Notes: a model not told the origin generated them from the sequence alone. Positions 18,983 through 30,863 are shown, counted from the stretch's first letter. The stretch: 64,000 nucleotides of DNA from Acidobacteriota bacterium (GCA_965248695.1 CBDFKD010000002.1:4320001-4384000), one strand, 5' to 3'. Translations and numbers: made by a program.

Positions 18983-19615
18983 ATGAAGGGTCTGATAGGA
19001 CAAAAAATCGGCATGACACGCATCTTCGATGACGCCGGCAATCACGTGCCGGTCACCGTTCTGCGCGTCGGCCCGTGCGTCGTGCTCCAGGTACGCACCC
19101 AGGAGCGCGATGGATATCGGGCGGCACAGCTCGGCTACATCGAGGACGGCCTGCGACCGGAGCAGCTCAACAAGCCAACCCGCGGGCACCTCGGCAAGGT
19201 CGGGGCGCCTCCGGTGCGTATGATCCGCGAGTTCCCGTTGTCTGCAGAGGCCGACACGAAGGAAGGCGATCGCCTCACCGTCGAGCTCTTCGCCGACGTC
19301 GAACGAGTGGACGTAACGGGAACGACCAAGGGACGCGGCTTTGCCGGCGTGATGAAGCGTCACGGCTTCAAGGGCGGCAAGGCGACGCACGGATCGATGT
19401 TCCACCGCCGGCCGGGTTCGATCGGGCAGGCGGCATGGCCGTCGCGAGTGTTCAAGGGCAAGAAAATGCCCGGACGGATGGGCGGACAGCGCGTCACTCA
19501 GCAAGGATTGCGGGTGGTCAAGATCGACCCCGAGCGGCACCTGCTGATGGTGAGGGGCTCGGTGTCCGGGGCCACGCGTGGCTATGTGCTCATCCGTAAA
19601 GCGGTACGAGGTTGA
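18983..19615 (+). CDS. rplC: 50S ribosomal protein L3
   Basis: KGRGFAGVMKRHGF, KGKKMPGRMG. Confidence 0.98.
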   Translation: MKGLIGQKIGMTRIFDDAGNHVPVTVLRVGPCVVLQVRTQERDGYRAAQLGYIEDGLRPEQLNKPTRGHLGKVGAPPVRMIREFPLSAEADTKEGDRLTVELFADVERVDVTGTTKGRGFAGVMKRHGFKGGKATHGSMFHRRPGSIGQAAWPSRVFKGKKMPGRMGGQRVTQQGLRVVKIDPERHLLMVRGSVSGATRGYVLIRKAVRG

Positions 19616-19617
19616 CG

Positions 19618-20241
19618 ATGCCAACGCTGGATGTGCGGGATCGGAGCAACAAGGTCGTCGGTTCGGTTGAAGTGGGAGCAGCTGTCTTCGCGCGTTCGAT
19701 CAAGCCAAGCCTTCTCCACGAGGCGGTGGTGAACTACCAGAATGCGCAGCGGCGTGGCACGCATTCCACCAAGACGCGCGCCGAGGTCAGGGGATCGAAG
19801 CGTAAGCCGTGGCGCCAGAAGGGCAGCGGACGCGCCCGTGTCGGCGACCGGCGCAATCCGATCTGGCGTAAGGGCGGCGTTGCGTTCGGGCCGCAAATGC
19901 GCGATCACTCGACGATTCTGCCACGGCGCAAGATGCGTACCGCGCTGCAGATGGCGCTGTCATCCAAGTGTGCCGAGGACCAGATCGTGGTGCTTGACGA
20001 TATGTCCCTCGAGGCCCCCAAGACCAAGCTGGTGGCGACCATGCTCGCCGGGCTGGAGCTCGGTGGTAGGACGCTCATCTACGATCCGGACGCCAGCGAG
20101 GAGTTTGCCCGCGCGGCGCGAAACCTCCCCAACACGAAGGTGGTCGGCGGTTTCGGGCTGAACGTCTACGATCTGCTGGTGCACGACACGTTGCTCACCA
20201 GCAAGGCGGGAATCAGCCAGATCGACGAGGCGCTCCGATGA
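19618..20241 (+). CDS. rplD: 50S ribosomal protein L4
   Basis: KPWRQKGSGRAR. Confidence 0.98.
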   Translation: MPTLDVRDRSNKVVGSVEVGAAVFARSIKPSLLHEAVVNYQNAQRRGTHSTKTRAEVRGSKRKPWRQKGSGRARVGDRRNPIWRKGGVAFGPQMRDHSTILPRRKMRTALQMALSSKCAEDQIVVLDDMSLEAPKTKLVATMLAGLELGGRTLIYDPDASEEFARAARNLPNTKVVGGFGLNVYDLLVHDTLLTSKAGISQIDEALR

Positions 20242-20528
20242 ACGCGCACGACGTCATTCGCCGCCCGGTGATCACCGAGAAGGCGACGGTTCTGAAGGAA
20301 ACGGAGCACACGCTGTGCTTCGAGGTATCGCGACGTGCCACGACCGTCGATGTGCAGCGCGCAGTGGAACAGATATTCAAGGTCAAGGTCGAGGGTGTGC
20401 GGATGATGAACGTCCGCGGCAAGCCCAAGCGTCTAGGTCGCCACGCGGGCTACAAGCCGTCGTGGAAGAAGGCGTATGTGCGTCTTGCTGCCGACCAGAT
20501 CATGATCGAGTACTTCGAGGGAGTCTGA
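20238..20528 (+). CDS. rplW: 50S ribosomal protein L23
   Basis: [15 protein letters not shown]. Confidence 0.97.
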   Translation: MNAHDVIRRPVITEKATVLKETEHTLCFEVSRRATTVDVQRAVEQIFKVKVEGVRMMNVRGKPKRLGRHAGYKPSWKKAYVRLAADQIMIEYFEGV

Positions 20529-20529
20529 G

Positions 20530-21369
20530 ATGGGCATGCGACAGCTGAAGCCTACGTCCCCGGGCACGCGCTTCCGCAAGGGCTCCGATTTCGCCGAGGT
20601 TACCGAGTCCACCCCGCTGCGAGCGCTCACCAAGGGGAAGCGCGCCACGTCGGGCCGTAACCACAAGGGTCGCGTCACGATCCGACATCGCGGAGGCGCC
20701 CACAAGCGCCGCTATCGCGCCATCGATTTCAGACGCAACAAGCCCGGCGTGCCGGCCAAGGTTGCCACCATCGAGTACGATCCGAACCGCACCGCGCGCA
20801 TCGCGCTGCTGCATTATCTCGACGGCGAGAAGCGATACATCGTGGCGCAGGTCGGAGTGGCCGTCGGCGACATGCTGATGTCGGGGCCCGAGGCAGAGAT
20901 TCGACCAGGAAACGCGCTTCCGCTGCGAGCGATACCGCTCGGCACGGTGATCTCTTGCATCGAGATGAAGCCCGGCAAGGGTGCGCAAATGGCTCGCAGC
21001 GCAGGTGCGCAGGCGACGCTGGCGGCCAAGGAAGGCAGGTACGCACACATCCGCTTGCCGTCGGCGGAAGTTCGTTTGATCCATCTCGACTGTATGGCCG
21101 TCATCGGACAGATCGGCAACGTCGAGCACAACAACGAGTCCTACGGTAAGGCCGGGCGCCGTCGATGGCGCGGCTGCCGTCCACACACGCGTGGCGTTGC
21201 GATGAACCCGATCGACCACCCGATGGGTGGTGGTGAGGGTAAGGCATCAGGAGGTCGGCACCCGTGTACTCCATGGGGCAAGCCGACGAAGGGCGCCAAG
21301 ACCCGCAACAACAAGCGTACTGATCGCTTCATCGTCAGGCGTCGGGATCAGGGTCGCAGGAGGAAGTAG
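20530..21369 (+). CDS. rplB: 50S ribosomal protein L2
   Basis: [25 protein letters not shown]. Confidence 0.99.
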   Translation: MGMRQLKPTSPGTRFRKGSDFAEVTESTPLRALTKGKRATSGRNHKGRVTIRHRGGAHKRRYRAIDFRRNKPGVPAKVATIEYDPNRTARIALLHYLDGEKRYIVAQVGVAVGDMLMSGPEAEIRPGNALPLRAIPLGTVISCIEMKPGKGAQMARSAGAQATLAAKEGRYAHIRLPSAEVRLIHLDCMAVIGQIGNVEHNNESYGKAGRRRWRGCRPHTRGVAMNPIDHPMGGGEGKASGGRHPCTPWGKPTKGAKTRNNKRTDRFIVRRRDQGRRRK

Positions 21370-21372
21370 GGA

Positions 21373-21660
21373 ATGGCACGGTCGCTCAAGAAAGGCCCCT
21401 ACGTCGAGGCCTCGCTGCGCAGCAAGATCGATCTCATGAACAGCGCAGGGGATCGAAACGTCGTCAAGACGTGGTCACGCCGCTCGACGATCGTCCCAGA
21501 GATGGTCGGCCACACGTTGGCCGTGCACAACGGCAAGCGCTTTATCCCGGTGTACATCACCGAGAACATGGTGGGGCACAAGCTTGGGGAATTCGCTCCG
21601 ACGCGCACCTTCCGGTCGCATGCCGGTGCGCGCTCGGATCGCAAGGTCGGATTCAGATAG
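21373..21660 (+). CDS. rpsS: 30S ribosomal protein S19
   Basis: [19 protein letters not shown]. Confidence 0.98.
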   Translation: MARSLKKGPYVEASLRSKIDLMNSAGDRNVVKTWSRRSTIVPEMVGHTLAVHNGKRFIPVYITENMVGHKLGEFAPTRTFRSHAGARSDRKVGFR

Positions 21661-21662
21661 TC

Positions 21663-22016
21663 ATGAGTGAGCATGTGAGCACAGCGCGAGGACGGTACCT
21701 GCGTGGGTCGCCGCAGAAGTTTCGGCTTGTCGTCGACATGATTCGTGGCCGGGCTGTGCCCGAAGCCCTGGGTATTCTCGGGCTGTCCACCAAGCGGGCG
21801 TCGGGGGTGATCGAAAAGGTGGTGCGCTCGGCGATCGCCAATGCCGAGAATCTGCGGCCAGACGTCGATGTCGACGGGCTGTTCGTTGCCTCGATCAACG
21901 TCGACGCGGGCCCCTCGTTGCCGACACGCATTCGCCCACAGCCGATGGGGCGGGCATTTCCGATTATCAAGAGGACCAGTCACGTGACGGTGAAGCTGGC
22001 CGAAAGGGAGGCCTGA
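21663..22016 (+). CDS. rplV: 50S ribosomal protein L22
   Basis: [29 protein letters not shown]. Confidence 0.96.
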   Translation: MSEHVSTARGRYLRGSPQKFRLVVDMIRGRAVPEALGILGLSTKRASGVIEKVVRSAIANAENLRPDVDVDGLFVASINVDAGPSLPTRIRPQPMGRAFPIIKRTSHVTVKLAEREA

Positions 22017-22017
22017 T

Positions 22018-22677
22018 TTGGGCCAGAAAGTTCATCCGTACGGCTTCCGCCTCGGCTACACGACCGAGTGGCGCTCGCGCTGGTTTGCCACCAAGGACTA
22101 TGCCGACCTGCTGCACGAGGACATCGCGCTGCGGGAGATGATCACCGAGCGCTTGCACCACGCCGGCATATCCAAAGTCGATATCGAGCGCGCTGCGAAC
22201 AAGCTCAAGATCGACGTGCATACAGCGCGGCCCGGCATCGTCATCGGTCGCAAGGGCGCCGAGGTGGACCGCCTGAAACGCACTGTTGAGGAGATGACCG
22301 GGCGCGAGGTGTTCATCAACATCCAGGAAGTGCATCGTCCCGAGCTCGACGCTCAGTTGGTGTCGGAGAGCGTGGCCATGCAGCTGGAGCGCCGTGTCGC
22401 GTTTCGCCGCGCGATGCGCAAGGCGGTGGAGAACGCCCAGCGTTTCGGTGCCGAGGGCATCCGCGTGCGCTGCGCCGGGCGTCTTGGCGGGCTCGAGATC
22501 TCGCGTGCGGAATGGTATCTGCACGGCAAGCTCCCCCTGCACACCTTGCGCGCCGATATCGACTATGGGTTTGCCGAGGCGCGCACGACGTATGGGCGCA
22601 TCGGCGTGAAAGTGTGGATCTACCAGGGCGAGATCCTGAGCCCCGACATGGCCCGCCGCACCAAGGCGTCGTCGTAA
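22018..22677 (+). CDS. rpsC: 30S ribosomal protein S3
   Basis: [23 protein letters not shown]; TTG start. Confidence 0.98.
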   Translation: MGQKVHPYGFRLGYTTEWRSRWFATKDYADLLHEDIALREMITERLHHAGISKVDIERAANKLKIDVHTARPGIVIGRKGAEVDRLKRTVEEMTGREVFINIQEVHRPELDAQLVSESVAMQLERRVAFRRAMRKAVENAQRFGAEGIRVRCAGRLGGLEISRAEWYLHGKLPLHTLRADIDYGFAEARTTYGRIGVKVWIYQGEILSPDMARRTKASS

Positions 22678-22689
22678 GGAGCGTCGTAG

Positions 22690-23115
22690 ATGTTGATGCC
22701 GAAGAAGATCAAGTACCGCAAGCAGCACCGCGGACATCGACGGGGCAAAGCTCTGCGTGGCTCGACGGTCTCGTTTGGCGAGTACGGGTTGCAGGCCCTG
22801 GAAGCAGCGTGGATCACGGCGCGCCAGATCGAGGCCGCACGTGTCGCCATGACCCGACACGTCAAGCGTGGCGGGAAGATCTGGATCCGGATGTTCCCGG
22901 ACAAGCCGGTGACCAAGAAACCGGCCGAAGTTCGGATGGGCAAGGGAAAGGGGAACCCGGAGTTGTGGGTTTCGGTGGTCCGCCCTGGCCGCATCCTCTA
23001 CGAGATTGAAGGGGTGAGCGAGGAAGTTGCGCACGCGGCGATGCGGCGGGCGGCGGCCAAGTTACCGATTCGTACGCGCGTGGTAAAGCGAGTCGTGGAG
23101 GAGCTGCAATGGTAG
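22690..23115 (+). CDS. rplP: 50S ribosomal protein L16
   Basis: [18 protein letters not shown]. Confidence 0.98.
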   Translation: MLMPKKIKYRKQHRGHRRGKALRGSTVSFGEYGLQALEAAWITARQIEAARVAMTRHVKRGGKIWIRMFPDKPVTKKPAEVRMGKGKGNPELWVSVVRPGRILYEIEGVSEEVAHAAMRRAAAKLPIRTRVVKRVVEELQW

Positions 23116-23336
23116 CCGACGAGATCCGCGACATGACGGACGTCGAGATCAATGGACGGATCCAGGACCTGAGAGAACAGTTGTTCAAGCTCCGGTTTCA
23201 GAAATCCACTGGCCAGGTCGAAAGCGCCGCCAAGTTGTCGAGCGTTCGTCGCGAGGTCGCGCGAGCCATGACGGTGCTGCGAGAACGGGAGCTGGCGCCA
23301 GCCGATGCCGAGGAGACGGCTCCGGCCGCTACGTGA
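23109..23336 (+). CDS. rpmC: 50S ribosomal protein L29
   Basis: [16 protein letters not shown]; synteny. Confidence 0.95.
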   Translation: MVADEIRDMTDVEINGRIQDLREQLFKLRFQKSTGQVESAAKLSSVRREVARAMTVLRERELAPADAEETAPAAT

Positions 23337-23355
23337 GGTCTTGGAGGATTTTGCA

Positions 23356-23661
23356 ATGAGCACAGCGAGCAGCGAAGAGACGCGACCGGTTGGCAACAAA
23401 CGCCAGGAGATCGGTGTGGTTACCAGCGACAAGATGGACAAGACCGTGGTGGTCACGGTGGAGCGCGTCTGGTCACATCCGCTGTATCGCAAGGTCGTGC
23501 GCACGCGTGCCAAGTTCATGGCGCACGATGGCGACAACAGCTGTCAGATCGGCGATCGAGTTCGAGTGACCGAATGCCGGCCGATGTCGGCGCGCAAGCG
23601 CTGGCGTGTGGCCGAGATCATCCAACGTGCTCCCGGCAGTGACGCCGGCACAGGCGAGTGA
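23356..23661 (+). CDS. rpsQ: 30S ribosomal protein S17
   Basis: [21 protein letters not shown]. Confidence 0.97.
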   Translation: MSTASSEETRPVGNKRQEIGVVTSDKMDKTVVVTVERVWSHPLYRKVVRTRAKFMAHDGDNSCQIGDRVRVTECRPMSARKRWRVAEIIQRAPGSDAGTGE

Positions 23662-23677
23662 CGGCGAGGCAAGCAGC

Positions 23678-24049
23678 ATGATTCAGATGGAGACGGTGCT
23701 CGATGTCGCCGACAACTCCGGCGCTCGCAAGATCGCTTGCATCCGGCGGCTCGGTGGCTCGAGCGTAGGCCAGATTGCCGGTCTCGGCGACGTTATCTCC
23801 GCGGCCGTGAAAGAGGCCGTGCCGCACGGCACCATCAAGAAGGGCGAGGTCGTTCGCGCCGTCATCGTGCGTACGCGCAAGGAGACTGGTCGGCGGGATG
23901 GCTCGTACATCCGCTTCGACAACAATGCCGCCGTGCTCATCGATGCGCAGAACGAACCGATCGGTACGCGCGTGTTCGGCCCTGTCGGGCGCGAGCTGCG
24001 CGAGCGACGTTTCATGAAGATCGTTTCGCTTGCCCCTGAGGTGCTGTGA
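23678..24049 (+). CDS. rplN: 50S ribosomal protein L14
   Basis: [16 protein letters not shown]. Confidence 0.98.
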   Translation: MIQMETVLDVADNSGARKIACIRRLGGSSVGQIAGLGDVISAAVKEAVPHGTIKKGEVVRAVIVRTRKETGRRDGSYIRFDNNAAVLIDAQNEPIGTRVFGPVGRELRERRFMKIVSLAPEVL

Positions 24050-24375
24050 TGGCGGGACCGAAGGTAAAGCGCAACGATACGGTCTACGTGACCACCGGCC
24101 GCGACAAGGGCAAGACCGGTCGCGTGCTTGCCGTGAACCCGGAGAAGCAGCAGGTGCTCGTAGAGGGAGTGAACATGGTTACCCGCGCCGTGCGGCCGAA
24201 TCCGCAGAAGAACGTCAAGGGTGGCCTTGTTCGCAGTGAAAAGACCCTTCATATCTCGAACGTCGCTGTCGTCGACCCGGAGACGAACACCCCGACGCGC
24301 GTCGGCTACCAGTTCCTGGAGGATGGCTCGAAAGTGCGCGTCAGCCGTCAGGGCGCCATCATCGACAAGAGCTGA
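24049..24375 (+). CDS. rplX: 50S ribosomal protein L24
   Basis: [11 protein letters not shown] motif, LHISNV. Confidence 0.97.
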   Translation: MAGPKVKRNDTVYVTTGRDKGKTGRVLAVNPEKQQVLVEGVNMVTRAVRPNPQKNVKGGLVRSEKTLHISNVAVVDPETNTPTRVGYQFLEDGSKVRVSRQGAIIDKS

Positions 24376-24388
24376 CGAGGACGAGACG

Positions 24389-24937
24389 ATGATTGTGCGC
24401 ATGAAAAAGCTCTACGATGAAGAGATCTTGCCGAAGCTCGTCGAAGAGGGCACGTATCAGAACCCGATGGCTGTGCCGAGACTCGTGAAGATCAGCGTCA
24501 ACATGGGCGTTGGTGGCGCCTCGCAGGACATCAAGGAGCTCGACAAGGCGATCGACGAGCTCGGCCAGATCACCGGGCAGAAGCCGGTCGTTCGTCGTGC
24601 TCGCAAGTCGATCGCGGCATTTAAGTTGCGCGAGGGAATGCCGGTCGGTTGCTCGGTTACGCTTCGCGGCGAGAAGATGTGGGAGTTTCTGGATCGGCTG
24701 ATCACCATCACACTGCCGCGTGTGCGAGATTTCCGCGGTGTCCCGCGACGATCGTTTGACGGTCGGGGCAACTACACGATGGGGCTCGCTGACCAGCTCA
24801 TCTTCCCGGAGGTCGACTACACCAAGGTTGACCGGGTTCGCGGGATGAACGTGACGATTTGTACCTCCGCTGCTACGGACGAAGGCGCCCGCACTCTGCT
24901 CGCGGCGCTCGGAATGCCGTTCCGCCGCGACGAATAG
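24389..24937 (+). CDS. rplE: 50S ribosomal protein L5
   Basis: [22 protein letters not shown]. Confidence 0.98.
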   Translation: MIVRMKKLYDEEILPKLVEEGTYQNPMAVPRLVKISVNMGVGGASQDIKELDKAIDELGQITGQKPVVRRARKSIAAFKLREGMPVGCSVTLRGEKMWEFLDRLITITLPRVRDFRGVPRRSFDGRGNYTMGLADQLIFPEVDYTKVDRVRGMNVTICTSAATDEGARTLLAALGMPFRRDE

Positions 24938-24951
24938 GACGGAAAACCAAC

Positions 24952-25137
24952 GTGGCCACCACAGCCTGGATCGCCAAGAGTCAGCGCAAGCCGAAGTTCT
25001 CGAGCCGCAAGGTCAGTCGCTGCCGTCTCTGCGGCCGCTCGCGCGCTTACATGCGGAAGTTCCAGCTCTGCCGTATCTGTTTCCGTAAACGAGCTTTGAA
25101 CGGGGAGCTTCCAGGCGTCAAGAAGGCGAGCTGGTAG
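24952..25137 (+). CDS. rpsN: 30S ribosomal protein S14, type Z (Zn-binding, 61 aa)
   Basis: [23 protein letters not shown]; GTG start. Confidence 0.96.
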   Translation: MATTAWIAKSQRKPKFSSRKVSRCRLCGRSRAYMRKFQLCRICFRKRALNGELPGVKKASW

Positions 25138-25159
25138 GCGAGGCCGGAGAAATCGAACC

Positions 25160-25555
25160 ATGATGACAGACCCAGTTGCGGACATGCTGACCAGGATTCG
25201 TAACGCTATTCATGCGCAGCACGACCGCGTGAGGATTCCGGCGTCGAACACCAAGCGCGAGATCGCGCGGATTCTCCGTGAGGAGGGGTATGTCAAGTCC
25301 GTTGAGCCGATCGAGGACGGTCCTCAGGGCGGTATCGACATCGAGCTCAAGTACGTCGACGGCGAAGAGTCGGCGATTACCGGCTTGCAGCGGATCAGCA
25401 AGCCCGGCTGCCGTATCTACTGTGGCAAAGGCAACCTGCCGCGCATTCTCAACGGGATGGGAGTCGCCATCATTTCGACCTCGCGCGGTGTTCTCACCGA
25501 CCGTCAGTGCCGTGAACACGGCGTCGGCGGAGAGGTGCTCTGCGAGGTCTGGTAA
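25160..25555 (+). CDS. rpsH: 30S ribosomal protein S8
   Basis: [21 protein letters not shown]. Confidence 0.98.
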   Translation: MMTDPVADMLTRIRNAIHAQHDRVRIPASNTKREIARILREEGYVKSVEPIEDGPQGGIDIELKYVDGEESAITGLQRISKPGCRIYCGKGNLPRILNGMGVAIISTSRGVLTDRQCREHGVGGEVLCEVW

Positions 25556-25557
25556 CC

Positions 25558-26103
25558 ATGTCACGCGTTGGATACAAGCCGATTCCGGTACCGGACGGCG
25601 TCAAGATAGACATTGCTAGCGATCGGTTGGTGGTGACCGGATCGAAGGGTGAGCTGACCACGCCGGTTCCTCCCGGCATCAGCTTCGAGATCGATGACGC
25701 GGTGCTACAGGCCAAGCGCGCCGACGATGCCAAGCAAACACGGGCTTTTCACGGTCTCGCGCGCGCCTTGGCGTATAACGCCGTGGTCGGCGTGAGCGAG
25801 GGTTTCAAGCGCGAGCTGGAGATCCAGGGCATCGGCTACCGCGCCGCGATGACCGGGCGGACGCTGAACATGCAGCTCGGATTCTCGCATCCGGTGGTGT
25901 TCCCGGTACCCGACGGCCTGGAAATCTCCACGCCCGAACAGACGAAGATCGTTATCGAGGGCATCGACAAGCAGCAGGTAGGCGAGATTGCTGCCCAGAT
26001 CCGCCGCATCCGCCCACCGGATGCTTACAAGGGCAAGGGCATTCGCTACCGTGACGAGTTTGTCCGCACGAAGGTCGGCAAGGCCGGCGTGACGGCTGCC
26101 TAG
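25558..26103 (+). CDS. rplF: 50S ribosomal protein L6
   Basis: [19 protein letters not shown]. Confidence 0.98.
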   Translation: MSRVGYKPIPVPDGVKIDIASDRLVVTGSKGELTTPVPPGISFEIDDAVLQAKRADDAKQTRAFHGLARALAYNAVVGVSEGFKRELEIQGIGYRAAMTGRTLNMQLGFSHPVVFPVPDGLEISTPEQTKIVIEGIDKQQVGEIAAQIRRIRPPDAYKGKGIRYRDEFVRTKVGKAGVTAA

Positions 26104-26117
26104 CAGAGGTTCGATCC

Positions 26118-26495
26118 ATGCAGGTGAATCGAAGAAAGAAGAAGGAGGCCCGTCGGGCCGCTGTACGCCTGCGCGTGCGACGCAAGGTGCGGGGCAGCGA
26201 GAGTCGCCCGAGGCTGGCCGTGTTTCGCTCGCACCGGCATCTGCATCTACAGATCATTGACGACAACGCCGGACGCACTCTGGCGTCGGTGTCGACACTC
26301 GAGAAGGCGTTTCGTAAGCGCGGCTTCGATGTCGGCGGCAATCGTCAGGCCGCCGCCGCGGCCGGCAAGCTGCTCGCCGAAAGGGCGCTCGACGCGGGTA
26401 TCAAGCAGATCGTTTTCGATCGTGGCGGCTACGATTATCACGGGCGCGTACAAGCGCTTGCCGAAGCCGCGCGTGAGGGCGGCCTGGAATTTTGA
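26118..26495 (+). CDS. rplR: 50S ribosomal protein L18
   Basis: [21 protein letters not shown]. Confidence 0.98.
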   Translation: MQVNRRKKKEARRAAVRLRVRRKVRGSESRPRLAVFRSHRHLHLQIIDDNAGRTLASVSTLEKAFRKRGFDVGGNRQAAAAAGKLLAERALDAGIKQIVFDRGGYDYHGRVQALAEAAREGGLEF

Positions 26496-26508
26496 GGAGA
26501 GGCCGCGA

Positions 26509-27033
26509 ATGAAGAAGCGAGTCAAGTACATCGATCCGTCCCAGGTTGAGCATCAGCTCCAGGACACCGTGGTGGCGATCAATCGAGTTACCAAGGTCGT
26601 CAAGGGTGGCAAGAATCTCGGTTTCAACGCACTGGTCGTCGTCGGGGATCGTCATGGGCACGTTGGTTACGGACTTGGCAAGGCCCGCGAAGTACAACTT
26701 GCGATCCGCAAGGGAGTACAGGAGGCGCAGAAGGCGCTCGTGAAGGTACCGTTGAGCGGCACGACCGTGCCGCATGGCATCGAAGGTCACTACGGCGCCG
26801 GGCATGTTCTGCTCAAGCCGGCCGGACCCGGTACGGGCGTGATCGCCGGCGGGGCGGTGCGCGCCGCGCTCGAGTTGGCCGGGGTCGGCGACATCCTCAC
26901 GAAATGTATCGGGTCGCGTAATCCGCACAACATGTTGAAGGCCACGTTCGATGCGTTCGCCAAGCTCAAGGATCCGGCCGAAGTGGCTCGGGTGCGCGGC
27001 GTACCGCTCGAGCATTTGCAGCCGTCGGGGTAG
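26509..27033 (+). CDS. rpsE: 30S ribosomal protein S5
   Basis: [18 protein letters not shown]. Confidence 0.98.
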   Translation: MKKRVKYIDPSQVEHQLQDTVVAINRVTKVVKGGKNLGFNALVVVGDRHGHVGYGLGKAREVQLAIRKGVQEAQKALVKVPLSGTTVPHGIEGHYGAGHVLLKPAGPGTGVIAGGAVRAALELAGVGDILTKCIGSRNPHNMLKATFDAFAKLKDPAEVARVRGVPLEHLQPSG

Positions 27034-27044
27034 GGATTCCGGGT

Positions 27045-27233
27045 ATGGCCAAGAAGCTGGTTATCGAGCAGACGCGCAGCAAGATCGGCCGTCCGAAGCC
27101 ACAGCACGAGGCGCTCAAGGGACTCGGTCTGCGGCGTATCGGTCATCGTGTCGAGCGGGATGACACGCCGCGCGTTCGCGGCCAAATCAACATCGTTTCG
27201 CATCTGGTGAAGGTGGAGGAGGCCGGATCGTAA
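27045..27233 (+). CDS. rpmD: 50S ribosomal protein L30
   Basis: [15 protein letters not shown]; synteny. Confidence 0.95.
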   Translation: MAKKLVIEQTRSKIGRPKPQHEALKGLGLRRIGHRVERDDTPRVRGQINIVSHLVKVEEAGS

Positions 27234-27269
27234 GGCCGTCGGGCTTGGCGATTCGACAGGAGGCTAGTC

Positions 27270-27713
27270 GTGAAGATCCACGAGATCGGGCCCAAGCAAG
27301 GTAGTCGCCGGACCCGTAAGCGCATTGGTCGTGGTCGATCTTCGGGCCACGGCAAGACCAGCTGTCGCGGCGAGAAAGGCGCCAAGTCGCGCTCCGGATA
27401 CAGCCGTAAGGTGGGTTTCGAGGGCGGCCAGATGCCGCTCGTGCGCCGGATCCCCAAGCGCGGATTCAAGAACCCCTTCCGCACGCACTGGGCAGAGGTG
27501 AATCTCGATCAGCTGACTCGCTTCGAGGCCGGAAGTACTGTCGATGCCGAATTACTCGCCGCCGTCGGTATGATCAAGGGGCGCTACGACAAGGTCGTGG
27601 TGATGGGTCGTGGCGAGATCGAGGTGGCGCTCAACATCAAAGTGCACCGATTCACAAGCTCTGCCGCCGCCAAGATCACCGGCGCCGGAGGCACGGCTGA
27701 GGTGGTCGAATGA
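27270..27713 (+). CDS. rplO: 50S ribosomal protein L15
   Basis: GRGRSSGHGKT, GFEGGQMPL. Confidence 0.98.
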   Translation: MKIHEIGPKQGSRRTRKRIGRGRSSGHGKTSCRGEKGAKSRSGYSRKVGFEGGQMPLVRRIPKRGFKNPFRTHWAEVNLDQLTRFEAGSTVDAELLAAVGMIKGRYDKVVVMGRGEIEVALNIKVHRFTSSAAAKITGAGGTAEVVE

Positions 27714-29095
27714 TCGAGAGTTTCCGGAACATCCTGTCGATTCCGGAGCTCCGCCAGCGGGTCTTCTACACCTTCGGCCTGCTCGCTGTTTTTCGCATTG
27801 GCGCCAACATACCGACGCCGGGGGTGAACTCGGCTGCCGTCCTGGAGTTCTTCGAGTCGCTTCAGGGCAGCTTCTTCGGCTTCGTCGATCTGTTCTCGGG
27901 CGGTGCGTTGAGCAACATGACGATCTTCGCGCTCGGGATCATGCCCTACATCTCGTCGTCGATTATCTTGCAGCTGCTGACCGTAGTCTGGCCCTATCTG
28001 GAACGGCTACAGAAGGAAGGCGATCTCGGGCGCAAGAAGATCACCCAGTACACGCGATACGGCACCATTCTGCTGTCGATCATCCAGTCGATGTCTATCG
28101 CGTTCGTGCTGGAGAGCACGACCAGCCCCTCGGGTGCGGCGTTCGTCGACACTCCCGGGCTGTCGTTCCGGCTGATGACGATACTCACGCTGACGACGGG
28201 AACGGCATTCCTGATGTGGCTCGGTGAGCAGATTACCGAGCGTGGCATCGGAAACGGCATCTCGCTGATCATCTTCGCTGGCATTGCGGTCAGCCTCCCC
28301 ACGGCGCTGATCACCACCTATCAGCAGCTCGCCGCCGGCTCGCTCAACCTGCTGACGTTGTTGTTTCTCGGCGTGCTCATGGTCGGCGTGACCGGATTCG
28401 TGGTGCTGATGGAGAGCGCTCAGCGCCGCATACCGGTGCAATACGCCAAGCGCGTCGTAGGCCGCAAGCTGTACGGCGGTCAGAGCACGCATTTGCCGAT
28501 TCGCGTCAACACGGCCGGCGTCATCCCGGTGATCTTCGCCTCGTCGATCATCATGTTCCCGCAGACCATCACGTCGTTCATCACCCACCCGTGGGCGCAG
28601 GCGGTGAGCGACGCGCTGGCGTGGGGCATGCCGCTGTACAACCTGATCTACGTTGCCGGCATTATCTTCTTCTGCTACTTCTACACGGCGATCATCTTCA
28701 ATCCTGAGGATGTCGCCGACAATATGCGCAAGTACGGTGGGTTCGTCCCGGGCATTCGTCCGGGCAAGCGCACGGCACAGTACATCGACGACATCCTCAC
28801 GCGGCTGACGCTGATCGGCGCCGTGTACCTGGCGGCGGTCGCCATGCTGCCGCAGTTCCTGATCTCCGGATTCAAGGTGGCGCCGATTCCGCTGATCGGC
28901 CCGTTTCTCGATTCAATGATGCCGCTGTGGGTCACTGAGGGCCTCGGCGTCACGTTCTTCTTCGGTGGCACTTCGCTGCTGATTCTCGTCGGCGTGTCGA
29001 TGGACACCGTCCGCCAGGTCGAAAGCCAGCTCGTCATGCGGCACTACGACGGTTTCATCAAGGGCGGACGGATCAAAGCGCGGCGGTTCGTCTGA
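27710..29095 (+). CDS. secY: Preprotein translocase subunit SecY
   Basis: FALGIMPYI, GIGNGISL, PGIRPG, GGTSLLI. Confidence 0.99.
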   Translation: MIESFRNILSIPELRQRVFYTFGLLAVFRIGANIPTPGVNSAAVLEFFESLQGSFFGFVDLFSGGALSNMTIFALGIMPYISSSIILQLLTVVWPYLERLQKEGDLGRKKITQYTRYGTILLSIIQSMSIAFVLESTTSPSGAAFVDTPGLSFRLMTILTLTTGTAFLMWLGEQITERGIGNGISLIIFAGIAVSLPTALITTYQQLAAGSLNLLTLLFLGVLMVGVTGFVVLMESAQRRIPVQYAKRVVGRKLYGGQSTHLPIRVNTAGVIPVIFASSIIMFPQTITSFITHPWAQAVSDALAWGMPLYNLIYVAGIIFFCYFYTAIIFNPEDVADNMRKYGGFVPGIRPGKRTAQYIDDILTRLTLIGAVYLAAVAMLPQFLISGFKVAPIPLIGPFLDSMMPLWVTEGLGVTFFFGGTSLLILVGVSMDTVRQVESQLVMRHYDGFIKGGRIKARRFV

Positions 29096-29754
29096 TGCTG
29101 GTGGTCTTTCTCGGGCCGCCGGGCGCCGGCAAGGGGACGCAGGCAGCACGCTTGTCGGCCAAGTACGGCATCCCACAGGTATCCACCGGCGACATGCTCC
29201 GCGAGGCGGTAGCTGCAGACAACGATCTAGGACGCACGGTCAAGGCAATCATGGATTCCGGCGATCTCGTCGAGGACGACACGATGCGCGACGTTGTGCG
29301 CGAGCGCTTGAAGAAACCGGACACTGCGGCCGGCGCCATTCTCGACGGATTCCCGCGGACGAGCGTGCAGGCGACGGCGCTCGACGAGCTGCTCCAGCAG
29401 ACCTCGCACCAGGGCGTTGACCTGGTGCTGTATCTCGATGTTCCGGAGGACGTCCTCGTGGAGCGTCTGTCGCGCCGCCGTGTCTGTCCGGAGTGCGGTG
29501 CCAACTATCACCTGATCTTCAACCCACCGGCACAGGGCGCGCGGTGCGACCGTTGCCGTTCCGAGCTGGTGCAGCGTGATGACGATCGCGAGGCGGTGGT
29601 GCGCGATCGTCTGGCCGTCTATCGCGAGAAGACACAACCGCTCGTTGATCGTTACCAGGAGCGCGGACAGCTCGTTCGAATCGACGGCGATGCCGGGATC
29701 GACGAGGTCTTCGATCGCAGCGACGCGGCACTGGCCGCAATGGTGAGCGCATGA
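29095..29754 (+). CDS. adk: Adenylate kinase (Zn-LID type)
   Basis: GPPGAGKGTQ, LDGFPR, CPECG...CDRC. Confidence 0.97.
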   Translation: MLVVFLGPPGAGKGTQAARLSAKYGIPQVSTGDMLREAVAADNDLGRTVKAIMDSGDLVEDDTMRDVVRERLKKPDTAAGAILDGFPRTSVQATALDELLQQTSHQGVDLVLYLDVPEDVLVERLSRRRVCPECGANYHLIFNPPAQGARCDRCRSELVQRDDDREAVVRDRLAVYREKTQPLVDRYQERGQLVRIDGDAGIDEVFDRSDAALAAMVSA

Positions 29755-30533
29755 TCGAGTGCAAGTCGATCGCCGAGCTCGACTGCATGTTCGCCGCCAA
29801 CCAGATTGTCGCCACGGTGCGCGACGAGCTGGCGGCGCGTGTTGCTCCCGGCGTGACCACCGCCGAGCTCGACGAGTATGCCGAGGCGCGCGTTCGTGAG
29901 CTCGGTGGCGAGCCTGCTTTCAAGGGGTACCGCGGCTTTCCGGCTACCGTCTGCGCGTCGCTCAACGAGGAGATCGTGCACGGCATCCCGTCGCCGGCGC
30001 GTCGGCTCGCACCGGGCGATATTCTGGGGCTCGATCTCGGTGTCCGTCTCGACGGTTTCTACGGAGATTCGGCGATCACCGTGCCGGTTCCACCGCTAGA
30101 GCCCGAGGTCGATCGGCTGCTCACCGTGACCGCGCAGGCTTTGGACTGCGCCATCCATCAGTGTGTGGCCGGAAATCGAGTTGGCGATATCTCGCATGCC
30201 GTGCAACGACATGTGGAGTCGGCAGGATTCTCGATCGTGCGGGAATTCGTCGGCCACGGTATCGGCACATCGCTGCACGAGGAGCCTCAGATCCCGAACT
30301 TCGGTTCGGCTGGCGTGGGCGCGCGGTTGCGACCGGGTATGGTTCTGGCGATCGAGCCGATGGTGAATCTCGGCGCCGCGTCGGTCGAAGTCCTCGATGA
30401 CGGCTGGACCGCCGTAACCGTGGATCGCACTCCATCTGCCCACTTTGAACACAGTGTGGCGATCACCCATGAGGGCCCCTGGGTTCTCAGCGCATCGGGT
30501 GCGCCAAAAACGGCCCGTGTCGCGAGCCGCTGA
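29751..30533 (+). CDS. map: Methionine aminopeptidase type I
   Basis: HGIP, GHGIG, HEEPQI, AIEPM, SAHFEH. Confidence 0.97.
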   Translation: MIECKSIAELDCMFAANQIVATVRDELAARVAPGVTTAELDEYAEARVRELGGEPAFKGYRGFPATVCASLNEEIVHGIPSPARRLAPGDILGLDLGVRLDGFYGDSAITVPVPPLEPEVDRLLTVTAQALDCAIHQCVAGNRVGDISHAVQRHVESAGFSIVREFVGHGIGTSLHEEPQIPNFGSAGVGARLRPGMVLAIEPMVNLGAASVEVLDDGWTAVTVDRTPSAHFEHSVAITHEGPWVLSASGAPKTARVASR

Positions 30534-30540
30534 GTAGAGA

Positions 30541-30762
30541 ATGACGCAGAAGGAACAAGCCGTACAGGTCCGTGCCAAGGTTGTCGAAACCTTGCCGAAC
30601 GCCATGTTCAGGATCGAGCTCGAGAACGGGCACAAGGTGCTCGCGCATATCTCCGGCAAGATGCGGAAGTACTTCATCCGCATTCTTCCGGGCGATGAAG
30701 TGCTCGTCGAGCTGTCCCCCTACGACCTGGCGCGCGGCCGGATCGTGTATCGCTACAAGTGA
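30541..30762 (+). CDS. infA: Translation initiation factor IF-1
   Basis: [23 protein letters not shown]. Confidence 0.98.
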   Translation: MTQKEQAVQVRAKVVETLPNAMFRIELENGHKVLAHISGKMRKYFIRILPGDEVLVELSPYDLARGRIVYRYK

Positions 30763-30817
30763 AGGACTACCCCGAGCCCGAGAGGGCGCGGGGGTGGATG
30801 TCGGCAGGTAGGAATCC

Positions 30818-30826
30818 TGCTACAAT
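30818..30826 (+). promoter_or_regulatory. Extended -10 element upstream of rpmJ and the alpha operon
   Basis: TGCTACAAT in the infA-rpmJ gap; no clear -35. Confidence 0.45.
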
Positions 30827-30863
30827 CGGCTCTCCGCTGAAATAAAATTGGTGGGAGTTTGCC